Shown here piece after piece: positions 55,377 through 64,000 of a stretch of 64,000 nucleotides of DNA. The DNA is from Polyangia bacterium. Lineage in GTDB: Bacteria > Myxococcota_A > Polyangia > Polyangiales > JAUICN01. The notes below the pieces were generated by a model, which did no database searches, was not told the DNA's origin, and saw nothing but the letters and a program-made list of their open reading frames with translations. The stretch lies in contig JAUICN010000003.1 in NCBI GenBank assembly GCA_030427835.1, positions 21,867-85,866 of the forward strand, written 5' to 3'. Made by a program: the position numbers and the translations under genes. Numbering within the stretch: position 1 is the stretch's first letter; each line of letters opens with the position of its first letter.

Positions 55377-56663
55377 TCAACGAAAGAGTGGGCCCACTTG
55401 CGCTTCCACCGCCTCGCGGATATCCGACGGGAAGGCAAGCCTGGCATGGGATACCCGTTTGTGGTTCAACTGGGCCAATACGAAAGAAATCTTACTTAGT
55501 GGGGTCAGTGGCTGGTGGCGCAAGGACACCCAAACGGTGGTGTCCTGGGAGGTCTCTGCATAGGGAGTATCGGACGACCAATCCACGCACACCCAATAGT
55601 TGGGGTCGTAGCCCGCCCGTTTCGCCACCCTTGCAGCACGTCGGTGGGCCTCCTCACGCAGATCGATTTCTCGATCCGTGTCACCGGACGGCAGCGGTAC
55701 GGTTTTGGGAAGCTGGCGTACCACCATCGCGGTACACAGCGCAGAAAGAATGGAATCCCCATGGGACCTCCACTGCGCAAAACAGGTGTGAAGAAGGGGG
55801 TCGTCCAAAGCGAGGTAGGCCGCGATGGAAACCGCCCTGCCCTCCAGCGCCGCCCGAAGCCCTTCCGGGCAGGAAGGGACCACGTGTCCTTCGTTTGCAA
55901 GATCCGAAAGGCGTTTGAAAATAGACCGCACAAGGAACTCCGCGGCTCGGATCGCCTTGTGATGATAGACCTGTCGATACATGTGATGCCGCCCAAGGAA
56001 GTACCCTTCGATGGGGGGCGCCCCTTTTCGACCCTCCACAGCAACGACCCACTGCCCATCCGACCGTTGATCCACGCACAGGGAACGGAGCAACCAATCC
56101 AGGTCAAACAAACCGTACGGGGTGCCCGTCATATGGCTATCCCGAAGCAGATAATCGAAACGATCCACGTCCAAAAGGCCACTGACCACCTGCGACAATA
56201 TGGGCACTCCCTTGCCCCCGAGCAGAGCCGTGACCCGATCCGTCATTCCTGTGGAAAAGGACTCGAGGGCCTGATGGACATCTGAACTGGGGTTCAGAAG
56301 AATCTGTTGGGTCCACCACTCGTGGCTCGGCGCACCCGAAAGCACATCCTCATAGAGATGAGAAAACGGACCGTGCCCCAAATCATGCAGGAGCGCAGCG
56401 GCCACCCCATCCATGCAGGAAGGCCCATCCAAACGCTGTTCCGCAGGCATGACATGCTGGCATGCCTGAATGCGCTCCAGCAACCGTGTCATTACGTGCG
56501 CGGTCCCCAGCGCGTGGGAAAAGCGAGAGTGCTCTGCCCCAGGGAATACCAGGGAAGCCAACCCAAGCTGTTTCACACGACGGAGTCGTTGCACCTCCTC
56601 ACAGGCCAGGAGAGCGTGCATGAGGTTGTGGCTGGGCCCGTCAAACGAGACGAGCCCATGCAC
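55377..56663 (-). CDS. HD-domain phosphohydrolase (COG1078, SAMHD1/dNTPase-like)
   Basis: FPGAEHSRFSHALG, LLHDLGHGPFSH, DRFDYLLRDSHMTG. The conserved RDPVHG motif begins upstream of the GTG at 56663, so the true start may be the CTG at 56681. Confidence 0.85.
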   Translation of the reverse strand: MHGLVSFDGPSHNLMHALLACEEVQRLRRVKQLGLASLVFPGAEHSRFSHALGTAHVMTRLLERIQACQHVMPAEQRLDGPSCMDGVAAALLHDLGHGPFSHLYEDVLSGAPSHEWWTQQILLNPSSDVHQALESFSTGMTDRVTALLGGKGVPILSQVVSGLLDVDRFDYLLRDSHMTGTPYGLFDLDWLLRSLCVDQRSDGQWVVAVEGRKGAPPIEGYFLGRHHMYRQVYHHKAIRAAEFLVRSIFKRLSDLANEGHVVPSCPEGLRAALEGRAVSIAAYLALDDPLLHTCFAQWRSHGDSILSALCTAMVVRQLPKTVPLPSGDTDREIDLREEAHRRAARVAKRAGYDPNYWVCVDWSSDTPYAETSQDTTVWVSLRHQPLTPLSKISFVLAQLNHKRVSHARLAFPSDIREAVEAQVGPLFR

Positions 56664-56692
56664 CGGATCACGAAGTAACAGGGCGCCCTTGC

Positions 56693-58057
<1,365 letters not shown>

Positions 58058-58146
58058 GTTGATTGCGCCTCCGTTGTTCTGAGCTACGCCGCGTTTGATC
58101 CAACGCACGAGCCGTCCAAAGTATTCCCACTATCCATCCCAATCCC

Positions 58147-60060
58147 ATGCGAAGCCGTTCCACCCCAGATCTCCATGGAAACTCGGTTTCGCCACCCGAC
58201 CCCCGCCCCACTGAACGCCATGCATCCAATGGCCGGGGTAAAAGTTCCTGGCAGAGCGTGCTCCGCCTTCTCCGTGGTCCCCTAAGGCCCGTTGGGGCCC
58301 AGCGAACTCAACTCCTCGCCGCTTTGTCGCTTTCCTGCCTACTCGCTGCCCTCTCCTGTCTCTACGCCTGGTTGGCCGGCCCCATGTTGCTCCATGCAAC
58401 CAACCCCTCATCTCTTCAGGAAACCGCTCCGTTTCCACTCAACCTAATACCGCCCGCGTTTCTCGAAACCCTTCCGCTTGAAACTTCCCCGCAAGGACAA
58501 CGGACCTGGTGGATGCTTGTGGCACTTCTTGTTGCCACAGCGGTGGCCCAATCCCTGGGATCGGCCCTCTACAACCATCAGTTCCTGAAGGCCCAGCAGG
58601 GCCTGTTGCACCAGTTTCGAAAAAAGTTGTTTGCTCGACTGCTCAGCCTCCCTCCCAGATCGTGGTTGAAATTTTCCAAAGACGATCTGAGTTTCCGAGT
58701 GGCAAGCGACGTACAGCAGCTCGAAAATTTAATCAACACTTTATTCGCTCCCGCCCTAAAAAATCTGGTCTCAGGCGGGATACTTTTGGCCCTTGCGCTT
58801 TCCCTCCGTCCGGCCATGGCCGTTCCAATTGGTCTATTTTTGACGGCTGGAATCTGGGGAGCGTTTTGGGTGTCCTCCAGAACAGGTCAAGATTTCTCCA
58901 GGGTCTTGAAAACCCAAGCCAGGATGGCGGGGGCCACGCGCAACATTCTCCAGTCTCTCCTGGTCACTCGGCTCCATGGGGCCGAGAATCAGTGTGAAAA
59001 TAAATTCTCCATCATATCAAAAAACCTGGAGGAAGATCAACTACGAATTCGATTTCGACGCGTTCGGCTTGCTGCATGGATCTCCATGCTGAGCGCTACC
59101 CTCATGGGTGCCGTGCTTTGGTGGGAGTTAAGGGCCCAGGGGCGATTGACGGCCCAGGGGGTGTCTTTTCTTGCCGCCCTGGCCTTTGCCCACAAACCGG
59201 TCACGTCCCTCGCACAAAGTGCTGTGCAGTTTTCCCAGGGGATTGGCGCGTGGCACCGGGTAGCCCTGTTTTTCGACACTTCGTCCGCCTCGGATCCAGC
59301 GGAACATCCGGCGGAACACCCACCCGAACAAACCCACCCGAAGCCGTCCAATGGGGCGGTGCAGCTCACGGATGTGAGCTTTTCCTACGGCCCCAGGCCC
59401 ATTCTTCAGGGGGCAAACCTCCTGATTCACCAGGGAGAGCGCGTGGCCATCGTGGGCCCAAACGGCTGTGGGAAGAGCACGTTGTTGTCCCTGCTGCTTG
59501 GATGGCTCACCCCAGATCGGGGCATGGCCACCCTACTCGGGCACAACCTAACCCACCATTGGGAATCGCAGCAACTCGAGGACCGGCACTCCCCTATCTC
59601 CCAAGCCATTGGGCAGGTGGGCTGGGTTCCCCAGCAGGACGTGTTCCTGGATGGAACAATTGCCGAAAATATCACGCTCGGATCCGCTTTCGATGAATCA
59701 AAATTGAGTCACGTTTGCATTCAGGTTGCCGCCAAGGACTGGATCGACTCGCTTTCGCAGGGGTATCGAACGCGAATCCGTCCTGGGCAGGAAAGTCTGT
59801 CTTCAGGCCAAAAACGCCAGCTTTCCTTGGCCCGTGCGCTCTATCGGAGTCCAGGGGTTATGCTATTGGATGAGCCTGCGGCCCACATGGATGGCGCCAA
59901 CGAGCGGGCATTGCTGAATGCCATCGAAGCAAGTGATCGCAGTTGCACGTGGGTTGTGGTGACCCATCGGCCCACGGTATGGAAGGCCATGGACCGGGTG
60001 ATTGGGGTCACCCTGGAAGGAAAACTCGAAGAGTTCCAGTTTCGCACGGGCCCGGCTTAG
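58147..60060 (+). CDS. ABC exporter, fused permease/ATPase
   Basis: Six-TM N-domain. Walker A GPNGCGKSTLL, signature LSSGQKRQLSLAR, Walker B VMLLDEP. Confidence 0.88.
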   Translation: MRSRSTPDLHGNSVSPPDPRPTERHASNGRGKSSWQSVLRLLRGPLRPVGAQRTQLLAALSLSCLLAALSCLYAWLAGPMLLHATNPSSLQETAPFPLNLIPPAFLETLPLETSPQGQRTWWMLVALLVATAVAQSLGSALYNHQFLKAQQGLLHQFRKKLFARLLSLPPRSWLKFSKDDLSFRVASDVQQLENLINTLFAPALKNLVSGGILLALALSLRPAMAVPIGLFLTAGIWGAFWVSSRTGQDFSRVLKTQARMAGATRNILQSLLVTRLHGAENQCENKFSIISKNLEEDQLRIRFRRVRLAAWISMLSATLMGAVLWWELRAQGRLTAQGVSFLAALAFAHKPVTSLAQSAVQFSQGIGAWHRVALFFDTSSASDPAEHPAEHPPEQTHPKPSNGAVQLTDVSFSYGPRPILQGANLLIHQGERVAIVGPNGCGKSTLLSLLLGWLTPDRGMATLLGHNLTHHWESQQLEDRHSPISQAIGQVGWVPQQDVFLDGTIAENITLGSAFDESKLSHVCIQVAAKDWIDSLSQGYRTRIRPGQESLSSGQKRQLSLARALYRSPGVMLLDEPAAHMDGANERALLNAIEASDRSCTWVVVTHRPTVWKAMDRVIGVTLEGKLEEFQFRTGPA

Positions 60061-60156
60061 CATCCGTTGAAACAGAACTTTAGGAGCAACGGCCGTACAA
60101 TGATACATATCCATAGGATGAAAGGCGCCCTTTTCCCAACACCCATGGTTCCGCGT

Positions 60157-60729
60157 ATGTCCATGGCCTGCATCGTTGCCACTGGCGTTTGGTTCGTCGG
60201 TTTCCTTGCCGGGTGCCACAAGGGCCCTGCTCCGGACCTGGAGATCGAACCCCTGGGAGCCGAAGTCCCGAGTTTGCCACCGGTGCCTACCCTGCCCCCA
60301 GGCCTCCGCAAGCGCCGTCACCCCGATGGGAGCTTCACGGTCTACGGGCTACGTAGGGAGCTCGACGATCGTATTGACACGGAGGTGACGGTCACCGGGC
60401 GGGTGGCCGAGGTCTACACGCCGCCACCGTGCAGGGGCAACGACCCCAAGTGCAAAGCAGAAGTGCCCCACCTGTGGATCGACGATTCTGCCCCGGGAGC
60501 GCATCCCGACAACGGGGCGCCCCAAATAAGGGCCAAGGATAGGCTTGTGGTGGTGGGATACGCAGAGCGTCACAGCGATTTGCGCCGCAACCGACAGTTG
60601 CCCAGGGATCTCCGTCCGGGGACCCTAGTGCAGTTCAAGGGGCGCTTTGCGAGAATCTCCAGCCACGGATTCAATGCCAGCAACGGGTTGCTGGAGTACC
60701 TCGAACATACCTCCCTCCCGGGAAAATAG
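60157..60729 (+). CDS. hypothetical lipoprotein
   Basis: Within ORF 60067..60729. ATG 60157 gives MSMACIVATGVWFVGFLAGC (lipobox). No family recognised. Confidence 0.45.
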   Translation: MSMACIVATGVWFVGFLAGCHKGPAPDLEIEPLGAEVPSLPPVPTLPPGLRKRRHPDGSFTVYGLRRELDDRIDTEVTVTGRVAEVYTPPPCRGNDPKCKAEVPHLWIDDSAPGAHPDNGAPQIRAKDRLVVVGYAERHSDLRRNRQLPRDLRPGTLVQFKGRFARISSHGFNASNGLLEYLEHTSLPGK

Positions 60730-60786
60730 TTGGGGCCACGAGCGAGTTTCCATGAATCCCGCAAAGGATGATGCAACCCATGGACC

Positions 60787-61566
60787 GTGAGCATGCACGC
60801 AATCTCCTACGCACCCGCGCTGGATCCCAAAAACGCGGGCTGCCTTGCCGTCGAGAACAACACGACGGCTGGAAAGAAGGCCGTCACCCCCACATCCTCG
60901 CCCGCCCCAGGAGACCTGGGCGTGGCCGATAGATCTTCGCAGGGCGACATCCGTTTTCCAGAGCCCCGTTTTCGAGATCCCCGTTTTCGTGATCCCACGG
61001 TGGAGAAGGCCCAAGACGGTGACCCAAGGGCCTTTCAGGAGTTGTACCTCGCCCATCAATCCAATGTGTGCGCCCTGGTGTACCGTATGCTTGGGCAACA
61101 TTCGGAAGCCGAGGACGTGGTTCAGGACGTGTTTGTGCAAGTACACCGCTCCCTGGGCAACTTTCGGCACGATGCAAAATTTTCCACCTGGCTCTACCGA
61201 CTCACGGTCAATGTGGTTCGTATGCACCTTAGAAAGAAACGTTCCAGACCCACGCTTGTCTCAGAAGAGGCCACCTCCGAGCCCCAGGAGAAGGCTGCGA
61301 GTCCCCATGAGGATATGGAAAACCGCCAGCGGGCCCACCATCTACACCGCCATATCGTTGCCCTGAGCGAAAAGAAGCGCACCGTGCTGGTTCTCCATGA
61401 TCTGCAGGGCATCGAAGCGCAGGAAATCGCGAGCATTGTAGGTGCACCTCTGTTGACCGTACGCACCCGGTTATTTTACGCACGCAAGGAAGTCATGGCC
61501 GCCATGGAAAAAGATCCCGCGTTTGCCCATCAAAAAGGCGAAGGCCTCGAAGAGGTCTCCCCATGA
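60787..61566 (+). CDS. ECF (group 4) sigma factor with ~75-aa N-terminal extension
   Basis: AFQELYLAHQSNVCALVYRMLG..AEDVVQDVFVQVHRSL..FSTWLYRLTVNVVRMHLRK (region 2). LVLHDLQGIEAQEIASIVGAPLLTVRTRLFYARK (region 4). Confidence 0.85.
   Translation: MSMHAISYAPALDPKNAGCLAVENNTTAGKKAVTPTSSPAPGDLGVADRSSQGDIRFPEPRFRDPRFRDPTVEKAQDGDPRAFQELYLAHQSNVCALVYRMLGQHSEAEDVVQDVFVQVHRSLGNFRHDAKFSTWLYRLTVNVVRMHLRKKRSRPTLVSEEATSEPQEKAASPHEDMENRQRAHHLHRHIVALSEKKRTVLVLHDLQGIEAQEIASIVGAPLLTVRTRLFYARKEVMAAMEKDPAFAHQKGEGLEEVSP
60949..60993 (+). repeat. three tandem 15-bp units inside the ECF sigma N-terminal extension
   Basis: ATCCGTTTTCCAGAG / CCCCGTTTTCGAGAT / CCCCGTTTTCGTGAT, encoding IRFPE-PRFRD-PRFRD. Confidence 0.7.
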
Positions 61567-62915
61567 CCCCTAGCTCCCAACACATGCCCTGCCCCAGGGA
61601 GCAGGCGTTGCTTGCCCTGCATGATCACGAGCTTCCAGAAGTGGAGGCAAACGAACTTAGGAATCATGTGGCGTCCTGTGCGCCATGTGCCCAGGCCCTT
61701 GAAACGATCCAGATGTACCAGGGCGTGGTCGCGGAGTTGGCCGGATCCACGGCTTCGGCACCCTTTTCTCTTCCATGGGAGGACGTGGAAAAGGCCATTG
61801 TTCAGGATATGGAGCACCGAAGTACCGGCCCAGGAGGGGGCGCCTCTTGGATGCAGCGCCCTCCTGTACGTTGGGCGTTTGCAGCGGCCGCTGCCGTGGG
61901 GCTTGCCCTCGTCGGTGGCCCCCTCCTGAATCAACTGCGTGAGGGCCCGGGAGTGCATACGCCCCTTGTCCAGGGAAGCCCGCTCCCTTCGAAAGCGGAT
62001 CCCGCAGAGGGCACGGGCCCTTCCCCAGATCACGTGGCCACGGTCCTGCGCACACAGGGTGCGGTGACCCGTTCAGTGAAGGGTGGTCACGCCTTGGGTA
62101 CGGCACCCGTACATCCAGGCGATCGGATCGAAGCGAGTACACGGGTGCGGACGGCAGCAAAGGCTGAGCTGGTGATTGCCCTGGCGCAAGGGAGCCAGGC
62201 GCGTTTGATCCCAGGGTCTGAGATGGAAGTGGTCGCTCAAAACCGGCTTCGGATCCGACGTGGAAGCGTGCACAACCGCGTGTCCAAACGGGGGCCGGGG
62301 CAAAGCTATGAGGTATGGGCCAAAAACTACCGAGTGGTCGTACGTGGCACCCAGTTCTCCGTTGCGGTGGACGATGGTGCCGTGGCAGTGGAGGTCACGG
62401 AAGGCACCGTGGAGGTGTTTGAGCACCCTGGGGTGGCAGAGATCACGGCGGAGGTGGCCATGGGCTCCTCGGAAGATGCCCCTGTCGCCCGTCTCCCCGC
62501 ACCCGCCCGTTGGCGATCCACGGACGTCTCCCCGGAATACACCAGACGCGAGGCCCCTGGCGCAAGGCCGATGCCCGACGTTGCCTTTGCAAACGGCCAA
62601 CGGGAAGTTCACGGCATCCATGGTTCCCTTCCGCGGGCCCTTATTGCGCCTGTGGTGCAACGTGGCTTGCCCCGACTTCAGCAATGCCAAGAAACCCATG
62701 CACGCGGGGGAGCCGCCCTGGAAGCTCGAATGCGAATGCGAATCCATGTGGGACAGGACGGAGCTGTAACCGATGTGGAACTCCGTTCGTCTTCACCCGT
62801 TCCTCCCCGGTTCCGTGCATGCATCCGAGGCCATGTCCTGCAATGGAAGTTTCCTGCGCCCATTGGGGGGGCCGTGGTCATCGAGCAACCCCTCCATTTC
62901 TCCGCAGAAGAATAG
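61563..62915 (+). CDS. anti-sigma factor: zf-HC2, TM, FecR domain, AgmX/PglI-type (TonB_C-like) C-terminal domain
   Basis: ATGA overlap with the sigma gene. HVASCAPCAQAL (zf-HC2). TM WAFAAAAAVGLALVGGPLL. FecR-like GDRIEAS..VVVRGTQFSVAV..VEVTEGTVEV. C-terminal LPRLQQCQE..RMRIHVGQDGAV..CIRGHVLQWKFPAP..QPLHF. Confidence 0.8.
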   Translation: MTPSSQHMPCPREQALLALHDHELPEVEANELRNHVASCAPCAQALETIQMYQGVVAELAGSTASAPFSLPWEDVEKAIVQDMEHRSTGPGGGASWMQRPPVRWAFAAAAAVGLALVGGPLLNQLREGPGVHTPLVQGSPLPSKADPAEGTGPSPDHVATVLRTQGAVTRSVKGGHALGTAPVHPGDRIEASTRVRTAAKAELVIALAQGSQARLIPGSEMEVVAQNRLRIRRGSVHNRVSKRGPGQSYEVWAKNYRVVVRGTQFSVAVDDGAVAVEVTEGTVEVFEHPGVAEITAEVAMGSSEDAPVARLPAPARWRSTDVSPEYTRREAPGARPMPDVAFANGQREVHGIHGSLPRALIAPVVQRGLPRLQQCQETHARGGAALEARMRMRIHVGQDGAVTDVELRSSSPVPPRFRACIRGHVLQWKFPAPIGGAVVIEQPLHFSAEE

Positions 62916-63055
62916 GCCAGGGCAGAATAGGACAGAGCGAAGAATAGAGCCGTGAGAAAGGGTGTATGGGGCAACAGGCCGACTGAACGTCCTACACCAC
63001 CGAACCACGGGCACGACGCGCCGTTTTTTTGGGAGTTTCAAACGAGGCGCGTAGC

Positions 63056-64000
63056 GTGGCAAAGGTGGATTTTCGTCGAAGTGCGCCTGCCCTGGTTTCC
63101 CTGCTGTGCGTTTCTGCGGGACTTTGGGCCGGAGCGACCATGGCCCGGGGCACAACCTCGCCGCGTCAGGTATCTCCTGGCCCTATCCGTGCCGGCGCGA
63201 CTCCGTTACACATGGATATTGCCCAGTGGTCTGCCCATAGAACTGTGGAAGGGCCGCCCCCCGTGCAAAAGGTGGTGGGGCAGGCCTGGCGTGGAATGGG
63301 CACCCTGACAGGCGCCACCTCCCGTCGAGCCCTGTTGTTCACATTCGACGACGGACCGCACCTTACCCATACGCCCAAGCTGCTGGATCACTTGGATCGT
63401 TATGGCGTGAAAGCCGTCTTCTTTCTTTCCATGTCGAAGCTTGGTGGCGGAACGAAACGACAACGCCAACAGCGCAGACTTGCCCAAGAGATCATTCGCC
63501 GTGGTCATGTGCTGGGCAATCATAGCTTCGACCACGAACAGCTCCCGTTGATGAGCGACGATCAAGTTCAGGACCAACTGGAAAAATCGGAAAAGGCCTT
63601 TGAGTCCCTTGTGGGAATACGCCCCAGGTTGTTTCGCCCTCCGGGCGGCGCCCGTTCTCCACGTATTGACGATTTTCTACAACGCCGTGGTTACACCACC
63701 GTATTGTGGAACCTAGGGAGCGGTGACGTGCAGGTCACCACCGCAGACGACGTGCTGCGCACCTGGCGCCGGGTGCTCCAGCGCCGTGAACAGGACCACG
63801 GGGAGCGCGGAGGCATTGTGCTGCTCCACGACATTCACGCCCATTCCGTGGAGGCGTTTCCACGAATCATGGACGATATTCTGCAGCGGAACTGCGCCCT
63901 GCTGGCGGAACGGGAAGAGCTCTATGACCTGGTGGACGATTTGTCGCTGTTCCCGGTGTCCCATCCGGGGAGCGCCCCATCCGATCTTCAATGGGAACAG
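63056..64000 (+). CDS. polysaccharide deacetylase (NodB homology), 3-prime end beyond the window
   Basis: Open to the window edge, so absent from the ORF track. LLFTFDDGP, LGNHSFDH, LFRPPGG, IVLLHD. GTG 63056 gives signal AKVDFRRSAPALVSLLCVSAGLWAGATMA, but the start is uncertain. Confidence 0.8.
   Translation, partial: MAKVDFRRSAPALVSLLCVSAGLWAGATMARGTTSPRQVSPGPIRAGATPLHMDIAQWSAHRTVEGPPPVQKVVGQAWRGMGTLTGATSRRALLFTFDDGPHLTHTPKLLDHLDRYGVKAVFFLSMSKLGGGTKRQRQQRRLAQEIIRRGHVLGNHSFDHEQLPLMSDDQVQDQLEKSEKAFESLVGIRPRLFRPPGGARSPRIDDFLQRRGYTTVLWNLGSGDVQVTTADDVLRTWRRVLQRREQDHGERGGIVLLHDIHAHSVEAFPRIMDDILQRNCALLAEREELYDLVDDLSLFPVSHPGSAPSDLQWEQ

Noticed and set aside
60067-60156. N-terminal 30 codons of ORF 60067..60729.
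   Set aside because: They are not hydrophobic or signal-like, whereas ATG 60157 gives a canonical lipoprotein signal. The start remains uncertain.
63206-63991. Minus-strand ORFs 63206..63577 and 63713..63991, listed in the track at the right edge.
   Set aside because: The plus frame here encodes clear NodB deacetylase motifs. It is missing from the track only because it has no stop codon inside the window.

Overview
GC-rich bacterial chromosomal window. The protein families point to a Myxococcota-like (deltaproteobacterial) genome: two sigma-54 enhancer-binding response regulators, AgmX/PglI-type TonB-like C-terminal domains, giant TPR proteins, and a Wzc/OPX/beta-barrel polysaccharide export set. 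All calls come from reading the sequence and the ORF track by eye. No alignments or HMM searches were run. Left to right: (1) an unresolved region (1..682), then a canonical sigma-54 promoter in front of ddl. (2) Two paralogous secreted proteins, a YqaA/DedA membrane protein, and a cysteine module: CymR-like Rrf2 regulator, cysK, then sulfur-carrier genes cysO-cysM-mec. (3) The rpsP-KH-rimM-trmD-SPOUT...rplS ribosomal operon, interrupted by an opposite-strand peroxiredoxin. (4) Acyl-CoA dehydrogenase, an orphan B12-binding domain protein, and a coupled UDG-HEAT-unknown gene trio. (5) A PP2C phosphatase and a ~19 kb Wzy-type polysaccharide locus (19682..38954). (6) Directly contiguous on the same strand, an eight-gene, translationally coupled Glt/Nfs-like envelope cluster with an embedded TolQ-like gene (39077..51191). 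I consider this the most interesting part of the window. (7) Two NtrC-type activators flanking an MshEN-domain protein, an HD phosphohydrolase, an RpoD-family sigma factor and an ABC exporter. (8) An ECF sigma/anti-sigma pair whose anti-sigma carries FecR plus an AgmX-type domain, and a NodB deacetylase running off the right edge. I found no rRNA, tRNA, CRISPR array or recognisable transposase. One 164-bp element bounded by perfect 20-bp inverted repeats sits inside the polysaccharide operon.
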